Part shown: positions 12,945-25,179 of the stretch, one piece after another | How positions within the stretch are numbered: the first letter of the stretch is position 1 | Layout of the letters: each line of letters opens with the position of its first letter | Assembly: GCA_964016885.1 (NCBI GenBank) | Contig: OZ024749.1 | Location: 41,106,001-41,170,000 of the forward strand | DNA length: 64,000 nucleotides | Reading direction: 5' to 3' | DNA from: Eledone cirrhosa | Lineage: Eukaryota | Notes under the pieces: generated by a model | What the model was told of the DNA's origin: nothing | The model's input: the letters and a program-made list of their open reading frames with translations, nothing else | Database searches by the model: none | Translations under genes and position numbers: made by a program

Positions 12945-14410
12945 TAATTGTTTCTACTTTTGGCACAAGGCCAGCAATTAACCCAGTGTATTACTGGTAC
13001 TTTATTTTATCGACCCCGTAAGGATGAAAGTCAAAGTTAACCTCGGCGGGATTTGAACTCAGATAATTGTTTCTGATTTAGGCACAAGGCCGAGGATTTT
13101 AGGGAACGGCAAAGTCGATTAAACCGACCCCATAACGTTACTGATACTTTATTTTATCGCCCCAGTAAGGATAAAAGGCAAAACCAACCCCCGATGGTTT
13201 CTCATTTAGGCACAAGGCAACAATTTTAGGGTAAGTCGATTAAAATAGTCCTAATGCATTACTGGTACTTTATTTTACCGACTCCGATAAGGATGATAAT
13301 TGTTTCTACTTTTGCCACAAGGCCAGCAATAACCCAGTGTATTACTGGTACTTTATTTTATCGACCCCCGTAAGGATGAAAGGCAAAGTTAATCTTGGCG
13401 GGATTTGAACTCAGAATGGATGATAATGGTTTCTAATTTAGGCATAAGCCTAGGACATAAACAAACAGTAAACACAGACGCACACATATGTATGTGTGTG
13501 TGTGTGTGTACAAGACAGTTTATGTCTACCAAATTTCATCGGTCAAGTGCCTTACTGCCACTTTATTTTATCGATCCCAGAAGGATGAGATGTATAGTTG
13601 ACATCGGCGGGGTTTGAACTCCAAACGTAAAGAGGATTTCTAATTTAGACATGAGGACAACAATTTGGGAGGAAGGGAAATCGATTATATCGACTCGACC
13701 CCAGTACTTGACTGGTACCTGTGTAGCTGATGAGACTTTCAGGCGTTCTTGACCACTAAACCACGCCCCCTAATCACTACTATCGGGTTGGCTACTAGCA
13801 GGATGGAACCGGACGAGTTAGGACGGTTTATTTCAAAGCGTCGTCATCCTCGCCATCCTCCAGGGCAACGTTTTTACCATTCTGGCCACTGGGACCATGA
13901 GGCGGCCTGCACGTGGGCGAGGCAGCCTGCACGTGGGCTCCTACACAAGAAAAACACTCCCCAACTCCGCATTGCTAAATAATAGTTTCTGATTTAGGCC
14001 AACGTCAGTAATTTTGGGGGAGTGGAAGTCGATTAAATCAACTCCAATGTGTGACTGGTGCTTTATTTTGTCGACCCCCGTAAGGAGGAAAGACAAAGAC
14101 GACCTCAACGGGATTTGAACTCGGAATATAAAGAGCCAGAATAAATACACCAAAGCATTATGTCCGGTGCTCTAACAATTCTGTCAATTAATTGCCCTAA
14201 TAAATATTTCTAACATTGACAGAAGGCCAACAATTTGAAGGGAATTGAAATGTCGAATATATCGACCTCAGTACTTTACTGGTACTTTATTTCATCGACC
14301 TCGGAATAATAAAAGGCAAGATTGACCTCGACGGGATTTGAACTGAGAACGTGAACAGCCGGAATACCTCAAACCATTTTCCCTATGCTGTAACGACTTT
14401 GCCAGGTGCA
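12945..14410 (-). mobile_element. Tandem cluster of 5'-truncated family A SINEs
   Basis: At least 7 consecutive partial copies of ggcacaaggcc...actggtactttattttatcgacc...gggatttgaactc, interrupted at 13720-13975. Confidence 0.8.
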
Positions 14411-16371
14411 GGCATGGCTGTGTGACTAAGGAGTTCACTTCATAACTACGTGGTTTGGGGTTCAATACCACTGCGTGGCAATATGGTCTTTTTTTTTTTT
14501 TTTTTTCCTGTTATAGTCCTGGGTTGACTAATGCCTTTTGAATGAAATTTGGTGTGTGTGTACACACACACACACACACGTGTGTCTGTGTTTACATTTA
14601 CTGTTTGTTTATGTCCTGCAACTTAGCGGTTCGCCGAAAAGAGATCGATAAAATAAATACCAGACTTGAAAATAAAAAAAAAATACTGGGATCAACATGA
14701 TCTATTAAATCCCTTCAAGGGGGTAGTAAGATCGCTGTCTAATGTCTGAAACCAGTTAAAAGAATATTGCTGCCCAGCACCACCACCACCACCATCATCA
14801 TCACTATTCCAACACGCTCTCTCTGTTTACTTCTTTCTTTCTCTCTTTTTCTCATCCACTACCACCACCACCACCACCACCACCATCACATTGCCTTTTC
14901 TGACGTGTGTCTACAGAAAATACAAGTTTTTGGTGGATGGGTCTATCTTCAAATTAAAAAAAAACGGAGTTAAAAACTCACATTAATCTCCTATAATTTA
15001 GGGAGCTCAAGGAATATATATTCCAGGCTCTTTATAAATCAACATATATATATAAATTTCTGTCTCCCTATTTATATATATAGAGAGAGAAAGAGAGAGA
15101 GAAGAGACAGACAGAAAGAAAAAACATGGACAGAGAAAATACTAGTCTTTCCACCCATTCTTTATCTCTCTCACTTTCCATAATTATATTACCCCCCCCC
15201 CCTCTCTCTCTATATATATATTCTTACTCTTTTCTTCTTTTTTCCCATATGTTGCGCTGTTGTCTTACATTTTTATCTTTCTCATTCTTTCTTTTTTAGA
15301 TTCTCGCTTTCTCAGTCTCTCTTCTCGCACTATTTCTCCATGTGTAAAAATAACTCCATTTCTTTCATTCTTTCTCTTTAACATGTTTCTCTCTCTTTCT
15401 CTCTCTCATTCTTTCTCTTTAAAAAGTTCTCTCTCTCTTGCTTTCTTAGTCTTTCTTATATTATTTCTACTCATTTAATAACTCTCTCTTTTTCTCTCAT
15501 TCTCTCTCTTTAATAAGTTTTCTCTTTCATTTTCCCTTTTAAAATGTTCCCCTGTCTTACTCCTTAGTTATCACACCCTCTATAACCTTTCTCTCTTAGC
15601 CTTTCTCTCTTTTTCTCGCTACGACTACTACTATCACCACCACCCTTATACCATACCTGTAAGTCTATCTACATCTGTTCCCTTTCACCTCTTCTCTATA
15701 CTTCATTGTTCACCACCACCCCGTTTCACTCTTTCTCTCTCTTTCTATCTCTCTATACCCCTCTCTATCAACCTTCCCTAACACATAGTGACCCCTACCT
15801 ATAAATATATATATATGTATATATATATGAGAAAGAGATAGAGATACATGCACATATAGATAGATAGGTAGAAAGAAAGAGATACACACACACAAAGAGA
15901 TATAGAGAGGGAGGGATGGCTAGAGAGAGGAATGTAAAGATCAACCTTCTCGTTTTATTGTCTTATTCTGTTTATATCTGCTTTCTCCTCCCACCTCCTC
16001 CCGTTGCCCTTTCTCTGTGTATTTGCCTAGGTTAAAATACACACAAACCAGTCGACATGCCCTCAACAAGATGTATTTACCTACAGCACCTCACCTACCT
16101 GTCTTGATGTATAGGAACCGTTAACTACATCTATTTTCAGTTAGATACATATATTTATTATCCCTACCCCGTAAGCTACAACATATATTATTATCATATT
16201 TATATTTATCTCTGTGTTTATTGTCTATATCTATATTGTTTTTACTTCTTTGATTTTTCTTGTATTCTATCTTTGCTGTACTATATATAACTGCTGCTTC
16301 GTTTTCGTGTTTTCTTTCATAAATATATAGCCAATGTCTTGTGATAGGTGAAAACCACAGATGCCCATCGG

Positions 16372-16405
<34 letters not shown>

Positions 16406-17126
16406 ATATAGGAAACCGTATACTATTCCCTATTACCCACTCTACTACCCTAAAGTATTGTGTTCTCTGGTGCGTTATGGTCTATCTGGTTTCTTACCAC
16501 AACTCCTTCGTTATATGTGTGTGTGTGTGTGTGTATATCAGTGTTTACGTTTGTCTCGTAATGTAGCAGTTCAACAAAACGAAATCGATAAAATAAGTAG
16601 TGAGGTCGATCTAATCGACTCAATCCCTCTAATGACGGAAATTAGTAAAATAATAAAAGAACCTCTCTCTCTCTATATATATATATACTCTCTCTCTATA
16701 TATATATATACATATATGTGTGTGTGTTGAAACCGTTAACTATATATATATATATGTAATCATGTGTATGAAACTTAACTATATGAAAAAATATATAATC
16801 ATGTGTGTATGTATGTTTGTATGAATGTGTATGTGTTGCTTCATTCATATCTTCTAACTTGCCTGCACCATCAACCCCCCCCCCCTCGCCCTTTCACACA
16901 CACATGAAAGCTTGTCCACGTTTTCGACTAACACGTGTTCACATGTAGTAAAACAGTAAGTAGTTTTAACTACAGGTCGTCTTCACATATCTTACACTTG
17001 CACACACATACTCCCTTTCTCTTGGTATATGTTCAGCACTTACATCAGAATGGAGGCGGTGAAAACCAGTTAGACCATTACTCACAAGAGTACTCTACTT
17101 TGAGTAGTAGAGTGGATAATAAGAAT

Positions 17127-17208
17127 AATTCAGGAACCCGACGGCTGAGCTCCGGCCGTTTCAACAGCTGTTGAAACGGCCGGAGCTCAGCCGTCGGGTT
17201 CCTGAATT
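17127..17208. repeat. 82-bp perfect GC-rich palindrome containing a hammerhead 3' half
   Basis: Centred on CAG|CTG at 17167/17168. Each strand reads GAAA-CGGC cggagctca GCCG-TC. Confidence 0.85.
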
Positions 17209-17239
<31 letters not shown>

Positions 17240-17282
17240 CGATATTAAACAAATGGAACCTATATTTATAAAACCATATTTA

Positions 17283-17344
17283 TTTCATTATACATATTTC
17301 AGGGATACCATATTAAAAATATGGCATGCCTTCTTCAGATAAAA
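17283..17344 (-). ncRNA. Minimal type I hammerhead ribozyme motif, complete core
   Basis: Minus strand reads TTTTAT-CTGAAGA-AGGcATGCCATATT ttt AATATGGTATcCCT-GAAA-T ATGT A-TA-ATGAAA. Same stem I/III design as 8586-8651 but a different, still paired stem II. Confidence 0.78.
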
Positions 17345-17654
17345 TACAATATATATATATATATATATGTGTGTATGTATGTATGTATGGGTGTGTGTAG
17401 ACATAAAATATACATCTATACACGCGTCTTCACATATCTCGCTCTGCTGCACTCTCTCTTTGAGCATTGAGCACTTTATTGCTTACATACGTAAACTACA
17501 TCACATACATAGATACACACATACTTATATATAATATATATTGTTATACGTGTGTAATTTAATGTGTACATATGAGTTGAAGACTTTAATGCTTACATAA
17601 AACCAGAACAGAAACACATTAATGTATAACATGTAGCCTTCTAATAACACACTG

Positions 17655-17702
<48 letters not shown>

Positions 17703-17704
<2 letters not shown>

Positions 17705-17889
17705 GTTTCTACTTTTAGCACAAGGCCAGCAAATACTCAGTACATTACTGGTACTTTATTTTATCGATCCTGTAAGGATGAAAGGCAAAGTTAACCTCGG
17801 CGGGATTTGAACTCGGATCATAAAGGGCCGTAACTCTATGCTGAAAGCATGGCATCCGACCCTCTACCGATACTGCCAATGCACCGCCA
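17703..17889 (-). mobile_element. SINE family A, full length
   Basis: Reverse complement of the 35324-35516 element. Confidence 0.85.
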
Positions 17890-18574
17890 TATAATGTGTG
17901 TGTGTGTGGAGTGCTTACCTCACATAAACCACAATACACGTGTGTGTTGGGCAAGCACTTCAATAAAAACACATGTGAAACACTACACATGCACACACTG
18001 GTCTCTATAACTACATCTATATAAATAGGTGCGCACATGTGTATCTTTAATCTACTTAAGCATTCCGATGCTAACGAACATTTTTGAAAATATGTTTGCT
18101 TCCCAATAGGAAAAAGAAATATTTTCAAATTTCCCCACTGCCTCGTAATTTACAAAATAGCACACACGCGCGCACACACTAGATACATAGATAGATAGAT
18201 AGTTCAAGAATAAAAAAAAAACATAGAGATGCAATAACACAATGTCTTATTGGGTTCGTGCTTGGGAATGAAGATAAATAAATGTCTCAATGTATCGGAC
18301 ATAATTTTTTCATCGGGAAAGAGCAAAGTTCGGGGGGGGAGAGAGGGGGAGATGGGGAAATGGACGTTGGCGATTTATATCTATGTATTATATATATATA
18401 TATATAGTCGGTGTTGATATTTTAAATCAAATTAAGAACTAGAAAAGGCTTTAAGCGTATTATTAGACGAAAAAGCGTTTCTTCCAATTTAAACACAAGG
18501 CCAGCAATGTATCGGGTACTCATTTAGTATTGGGTTTTCTTTGGTTTTGCAAGAAAAGCCTACACACATGTATG

Positions 18575-18612
<38 letters not shown>

Positions 18613-18647
18613 TTAACTATTATTGATTATTTGCTTCGTTGATAGTA

Positions 18648-18715
<68 letters not shown>

Positions 18716-18818
18716 CATTTCAAAATACCCATTTCTCAAACTGATTCATATTTTCAAAACCTACGGTAGTATCTTTCTCTCACACACACATAAGGAAAAA
18801 CCACACGTATTATTCCAG

Positions 18819-18856
<38 letters not shown>

Positions 18857-21824
18857 TTTCTTTCCATGTCCACCATGTCAATGACCTTTAAAAAAAAAAA
18901 TCTATTTTTAATCGAAGCAACAGTTCCACATTATACAAGATACGTGTATACAATGTTTGTCGGAGTCTACAGTCCCCCCCCTCTCACCACTCCATACTGT
19001 GTCCACGCCTCCTACTCGATATACGTATCGTTCATTACATTGGTCACGCGGTCCGTATTGTTATTGGATAGATTTACAATAAAGCACCTGCTGGGGTTCG
19101 ATGAGATATTGTTTTTTTTCCTAGCCTAGGTTTATTTCCATTTCTCTTTAACTAATCTAACCTCCAAATCACTCACAATCGACTTTTTTTCCGAAAAAGG
19201 AAGGGAGTATTTTCTTTGATGGGAATTTATTTCTTTACTAGTTTTTTTCGTGTTTTCATCGAACCTAACCTTCAATTCACTCGCAAAGAATTCCTTTTCC
19301 CGAAAGCAGATGGGACAGGCGGGGCTCCTCGGGTTTACAGATAAATACTCCTCTTACCGTTTAAATTTATAGAAAAACACCCGCTGGGGTTCGGAAAGAA
19401 AAATGTCCGATGGTACAAAACTCCGAGGATCCTCTCACATTCAAGGAAAAAAAAGTTGATTGCGAGTGAATTGGAAGTCAGATCGTTGAAAAGACGAAAA
19501 AAACCTAGTGATTGGTTATGTTATTGTCCTATAGTGGCTGATTATTGTTGTTGTTACATCTATTGTTGTGACTGTTGCTATATAGTCACTGACCATGTTA
19601 TGTCTAGTGTCTTGTTGGGAAGGCGCATGGCTTAGTGATTAGAGCATTTGGGCTTGCAAACGGAAGGTTGTGAGTTCGATTCTCGGACCGGGTGATGTGT
19701 TGCGTGTGTACCAGCTGTAGAAATGAGTTGCGACGTCACTGGTGCCAAGCTGTGCCGGCATTTGCCTTGCCCTTGGAACATCGATGGCGTGGAGAGGGGA
19801 GACTGGTATGAATGGGTGACTGTTGGTCTTTCACAAACAACCTTGCCCGGACTTGTGCATCGGAGGGAAACTTTCTAGGTGTAAATCCCATGGTTATTTG
19901 TGACCGAAGGTGGGGCGGGGGTCTTTACTTTTTTAACCTGTTGTGGGGAAACTATGTTGTTGTTATGTCTATTGTCCTTATATAGTGACTAAGTTGTTAT
20001 GTCTATTCTAGGACTTGTGCCTAGATTAAACACCGTTATATATGTTGTTATGTCTATTGTTCTCTGGTACTATGTTGTTATAACTATTGTCCTCCAGAAC
20101 TGTTGCTGTTGTTACATCTGTTGCCCTCCAGTACTATATGTTATGTCTATTTTCCTCCAGTATTATATATGTTGTTGTTCAAATCCCACCAAGGTTAACT
20201 TTGCCTTTCATCCTTACAGGGTCGATAAAATAAAGTACCAGTAATGCACTGGGATAATTGCTGCCCTTGTGACAAAAGTAGAAACAATTATATATGTTGT
20301 TGTTATATCTATTGTCTTCTAGTAGTATGTATGTTGTTGTTATATCTGTTGCTGTGCAGCGGTCAAGTCTTCAACATTTACATGCCTGTACAATCAGTCA
20401 TTAGACTGTTCTGTCCACGGAGGTGAACTAAAATTGGATAGGGGTGGGGATGTTGGTGAATAAAAACAAAACAAGGTACCTTTAGAGAACTGTGTGTAGA
20501 TTGATACACACACAAGCTAATTCTAGATGAGACCACACCCACTGGTGGTGATGGTTCCTCCTCTCCTTTCTGTGTCTGACTAGTGTGTGTTTGTAATGAC
20601 CTTGGTGGTGCTTGGAGAAGATACAAGGTAAACAAACTGAATATATTTAATCGATAGACAATGATAGAGGTGGGTGTACTTTATATATATATATATATTC
20701 ACACACACGCAGGGTGAGAGAGAAATGGATTAATGGATAGCTAAATATACAAAGAGAAAGATGAGTAGATAGATAGACATGGAGAGAGAGGGAGTGGGGT
20801 GTTATATAGGGAGTAGAAAGATAGAGATGGTTAGCTGGAGGGGAGCAAGGGTGGACAGACGGCTGGAAAGCTATGTAAAGTAATCAACTACTAAGCAATG
20901 TATCTGTTAGATTGGGAATGTTGGTAGATTAAGTAGTTGGGTAGACTGCTACAGACTGACAGATGGGGTTACTATTGGTTAAGTGAATTTTAGTAGGCGA
21001 ACTGTCTGACTGGTTGGGTGGTTGGTTGGCACCACGCAAAGATCAAAGGGAAATGTCAGTGCTACCGTAGATAATTAAGGTTTTGCTATGTCTAATATAT
21101 ATATATATATGAAAAATATGGGGAGAAGAATACTGCATGGTTGCACATGGATTACATATTATAAAATTAGTCCCTCATCAGTGATTTGCCGACGATCATT
21201 GGTATTTCATATATATATATATATATATAAATTAATAAAAACAAAGAACAAGTTCCTTATATTAAAAAATTCATCATTTTACGATCGTTTCTGGGATATG
21301 TATATGTACATCATATAGATCTATGTAAAAATATTACAAATTATCATATATATACACGCATATATATATATCATCATCATCATCGTTTAACGTCCATCTT
21401 CCACGCTTGCATGGGTTTGGACGGGAGTTTTCCCACTTGAGGCAAGCTTGGTTGTCCTGCTCGTATAGGAACTGTCTGGTGGGTTTTCTACGGCTGGATG
21501 CCCTTCCTAACACCAACCACGTTTACAGTGTGGACTGGGAGGTGTTTACCGTGTTGCCTACACGGCCACATTACAGCGTGGACTGTGTGTTTTTTTTTGT
21601 CGTGACACCTACACATCTGGCGGGTTTTCTACGGCTGGGTGCCCTTCCCAACACCAACCACGTTTACAGTGTGTACTGGGAGGTTTTTACCGTGTTACCT
21701 ACACGGCCACATTACAGCGTGGACTGTGTTTTTTTGTTTTGTTTTTTTGTCGTGACACCTACACGACCTCATTTGTTTCGGACTGGATGTTGTGGTACTA
21801 ACATAACTTCACATTTAAGGGGGT

Positions 21825-21897
<73 letters not shown>

Positions 21898-21913
21898 TCA
21901 CACATACGCACAG

Positions 21914-21965
21914 GGCTTTCTTGATGATTTCCTCCGAATGAAACGGTTCTAGTCCAGTAGAAGCC
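21914..21965 (+). ncRNA. Degenerate type I hammerhead motif
   Basis: GGCTTTC-TTGATGA-...-GAAA-CGG ttctagt CCAG-TA-GAAGCC: stem I pairs, first core C changed to T, weak stem II. Confidence 0.45.
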
Positions 21966-22744
21966 ATTTCTATATTAAACATTTATACTCTATGTATTGA
22001 GTACCTTACTTACTATGGTTACCCCCTGATTGAACCCGGGATACACACACATATATTGTCTGATGATCCTGTGAATAACAGGATTCGTCAATTAGCCATA
22101 ATATAGAATATTTAAACTCTACTTTGACTTTGAGTACTCATTCTCACGTCCGTCAACATCACACACATATAACGCGTGTGTGTGTGTGTGTGAGAGCAGT
22201 AGGTCATTAGTATTTATATTCTGAAAATGGGGCTGTGAAGGTCTCAAAACGTTGATTATATGGATTTAGGAATACTATTGTTTCAAACGAAATATAAAAA
22301 AATATTAAGGAAATACGCAAATTTCTCAATAAAAGATCAAACTTGAACACATTCTAAGTATTTTCAACTGTTAACATATCACAGTTACCTCAGCAAACAG
22401 GGTAAGAATGGCGTCTGCATTTTACTCATGTTATAGTTCGTTAGTACTCACTTATTTACACCCAAATGCTTCTCTGTAAAATCGGAATGACAGCAGCCTG
22501 CCTGAGGAAGGATCCCCACTAGGTGGGGTGGTTGTTGCAGCAGGTGTCACTGGCCATTGTCTGCAGAAATGCCTTTGCCATTTTGTCTACGGGACGCAGC
22601 ACAAACACCACACTGACCTAGGTATAGAGTCTGTCACTCACTCCCCGTCCCCCTTTCTTCCATTGTCTAATAGTCCTTGCTCTTTCTCTTATTTATGGCA
22701 TTTATAGTCCTTTCCAATACTGCTTTCTTTAATGTTGAGGTATA

Positions 22745-22960
22745 AATCATAATAATGAAATGATTATGTTCAGTGCACAGGTGCGATACAGCTCATCAAA
22801 GTTGCATGTCTAGTACATAGAATAATGTACAAATGTCAGGAAAGTGAACAGTGTATGAATCACGATATACACACAGATACATGCGCATGTATGGAGGGGC
22901 AGTATCAGGTGTAGTGTTGGCGAATTTCAGGAAGCATGGAGGTTTTAAAGGATACAGTTA
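22745..22960 (-). mobile_element. LINE 3' end (probably CR1-like)
   Basis: Minus strand ...SFKTSMLPEIRQHYT* plus a 3' UTR shared with copies at about 1348-1450 and 7535-7700. Confidence 0.55.
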
Positions 22961-23087
22961 CTCGGCAAAGACAGTAACTTCTTATAGATTTTATAAGCAG
23001 ACTACAAGTATTCTTGGTGACGGCTTATTTATATATAATGCAAGCTTGACTGGTTAGTTTTAATTAGTGATAGCAACTAAGATATTA

Positions 23088-23832
23088 ATACTTTTGACAT
23101 CAAACTGCCTGAAACTGGCCCTACTACAAATGTGTTTATTTTAAATTATTTATATTTATCTAAAAATCATTCATCATAAATCTATTTAAGAATCTTTTTT
23201 TTATGTTTCACATACATACCAGATACATAATGGGAAAATTAGTTATATTACTAAATCCCTCCAAATGTTTGATAATGTTTTTAATAATATGAAAATTATA
23301 GGCAGTGTTTCATTGTAAATATAGTAATGTAAAGGGTTAAAGTAGCTGTTACATCATACATGATCACAGCTTAACTCTTTTGATACCAAACTGCTTGAAA
23401 CTGACCTAGATTCTACAATACTAATTCTGTTTATTATAAATTGTTCATTTATATTTATCTAAAGATCTTCCATCAAAATTTTATATAAGGACATTTATTA
23501 AGTTATGTTCCGAACATTAACTTAATAATGGTAAAGTTACTATACATCATTAAATTCTTGATGACTTTCAAAATTATTTGAAAATCACAGGTAGTGTCTT
23601 TCATTAGAAATATGGTAAGGAGATAGTTAAAATGTCCACAGTGAGTTTGTCTCCCTGCCATTCTTGTTCAAAATTTTCTGTAAAAAACTTCTGTTAAATC
23701 ATGTTCCAAGCATCAACTTAATAACCATAGTTAGTTATATTATGACTCCCTCTAATTTCCTGATTATTTTCAAAATTCATTTAAAATCATAAGCAGTGTC
23801 TTTCATTAGAAATATGATAAGGAAAGGGTTAA
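23088..23832. mobile_element. Cluster of AT-rich piggyBac-like non-autonomous elements
   Basis: Repeated units ttaaCyCtttgatacc...ttagaaatatggtaa..aGGGttaa (TTAA-CCC termini). Other copies near 28420-28555, 30859, 35700-36800, 39280-39471, 39925-40153, 45850-46380, 46868-47148, 53650-53975 and 58070-58835. Confidence 0.6.
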
Positions 23833-23857
23833 CTATATCTTTAGATTATTTATTAAC

Positions 23858-23968
<111 letters not shown>

Positions 23969-24631
23969 CCCCTATCCCTTTCGATACCAACCCACTCGAA
24001 AACTGCTTCTGGTTCTATGAAACAAAACCACCCATTTTAAAGGTTTCCTATTTAAATTAACATCTTACAACATAATTTGATATAAGAACTAGTAGGAGCA
24101 TCCAGTTGTAAAACATTGCCTCGAAAAAGACCCCTTTATGATGGAGTCCCACATTGCTAACCCTTGCTTTAGCCAGCAAAATGGCTTTAAAATATTTGTT
24201 GTATCAAATCCAGTCTTGCACATTCTTTGTGTTATTTTTCAAATCAACTAAACAGCATGGAGAAAGTGTAACAAGTACACACACACAGACACACACATAC
24301 TAATTCACTGAAACTATAGTAATTTCCAGAGGTTGACTTGAGAAAGGACTGTTGGTTTTTTCATTGTTTTTTTCCATTGTCTTTGTCCTGTGAGCCCTTT
24401 TATATATAATATCATGGAGATATATATAATATCATGGAGATAAAGATAAACCTGAATACAACTGTGTATATCCTTCAGTCTATTTAATACTCTATCATGC
24501 GCCAGCTTGTACCATTTATACATGTTGTTAAGAGCTTCATTTTATCTGCATCACAGCCGACTGAGTAAAATGTGATATACACCGCCTGTTCGGTTAGCCT
24601 CAATAATAATAATAATAATTGTATATATATA

Positions 24632-24957
24632 TATAGTGAAATAAAATAACAAGGACGATTGGTTACTCCTTCATTACGTTTATTGGTTGGTGATGCGCGT
24701 TTCGCCACTGATCAGCTCAAGGTTCGATCTGTATCGATCTGACCCGACTCTGTAATCCGCAGCTCATCAGACCCCTTGGATCGATACAGATCGAACCGTC
24801 ACCAACCAATAAACGTAATGAAGGAGTAACCAATCGTCCTTGTTATTTTATTTCACTATAATACACTCTGTCTAGCTCTACACCTCGACACTGAAGTGAA
24901 CCTAAACATTGAGTGCTCACCCGGCTGAACCTGCAGTAAGTCCAAGTTACACTCCCT

Positions 24958-24962
<5 letters not shown>
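24632..24962. mobile_element. Fold-back hammerhead-bearing element (Penelope-like pLTR remnant or retrozyme)
   Basis: Inverted arms of about 62 bp (24632-24693 and 24797-24860), internal inverted segment gatcgatacagatcgaacc, about 100 bp unique tail, (TA)n on both sides. Confidence 0.65.
24689..24773 (-). ncRNA. Type I hammerhead ribozyme motif with extended stem II
   Basis: Minus strand reads GGT-CTGATGA-GCTGC...GTGGC-GAAA-C GCGC A-TC-ACC. The inverted arm at about 24797 keeps CGTCACC, indicating an original GAAACGCGCGTC. Confidence 0.72.
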
Positions 24963-24993
<31 letters not shown>

Positions 24994-25179
24994 CACACAC
25001 ACAGACACACACACACTTAAGTTACACCTCTATTTTACATAACATCTACAATGGATCATATATTTTGAATTGAGGTTTTGAAAGGCAGTAGATCAATTAC
25101 TTACTGGTTTTTCATGAGGTTTTTCATGATGTATTTTTGTTGTAAACCTGTGCAGATAGCCATACCATGTGTACATAGT

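Noticed and set aside
18466-18481. GAAACG-CTTTTT-CGTC on the minus strand, a possible hammerhead 3' half
   Set aside because: No 5' core because a SINE fragment is adjacent. Too short to distinguish from chance.
21407-21952. 181-aa ORF with an internal duplication
   Set aside because: Translation of a tandemly duplicated SINE module plus (TA)n.
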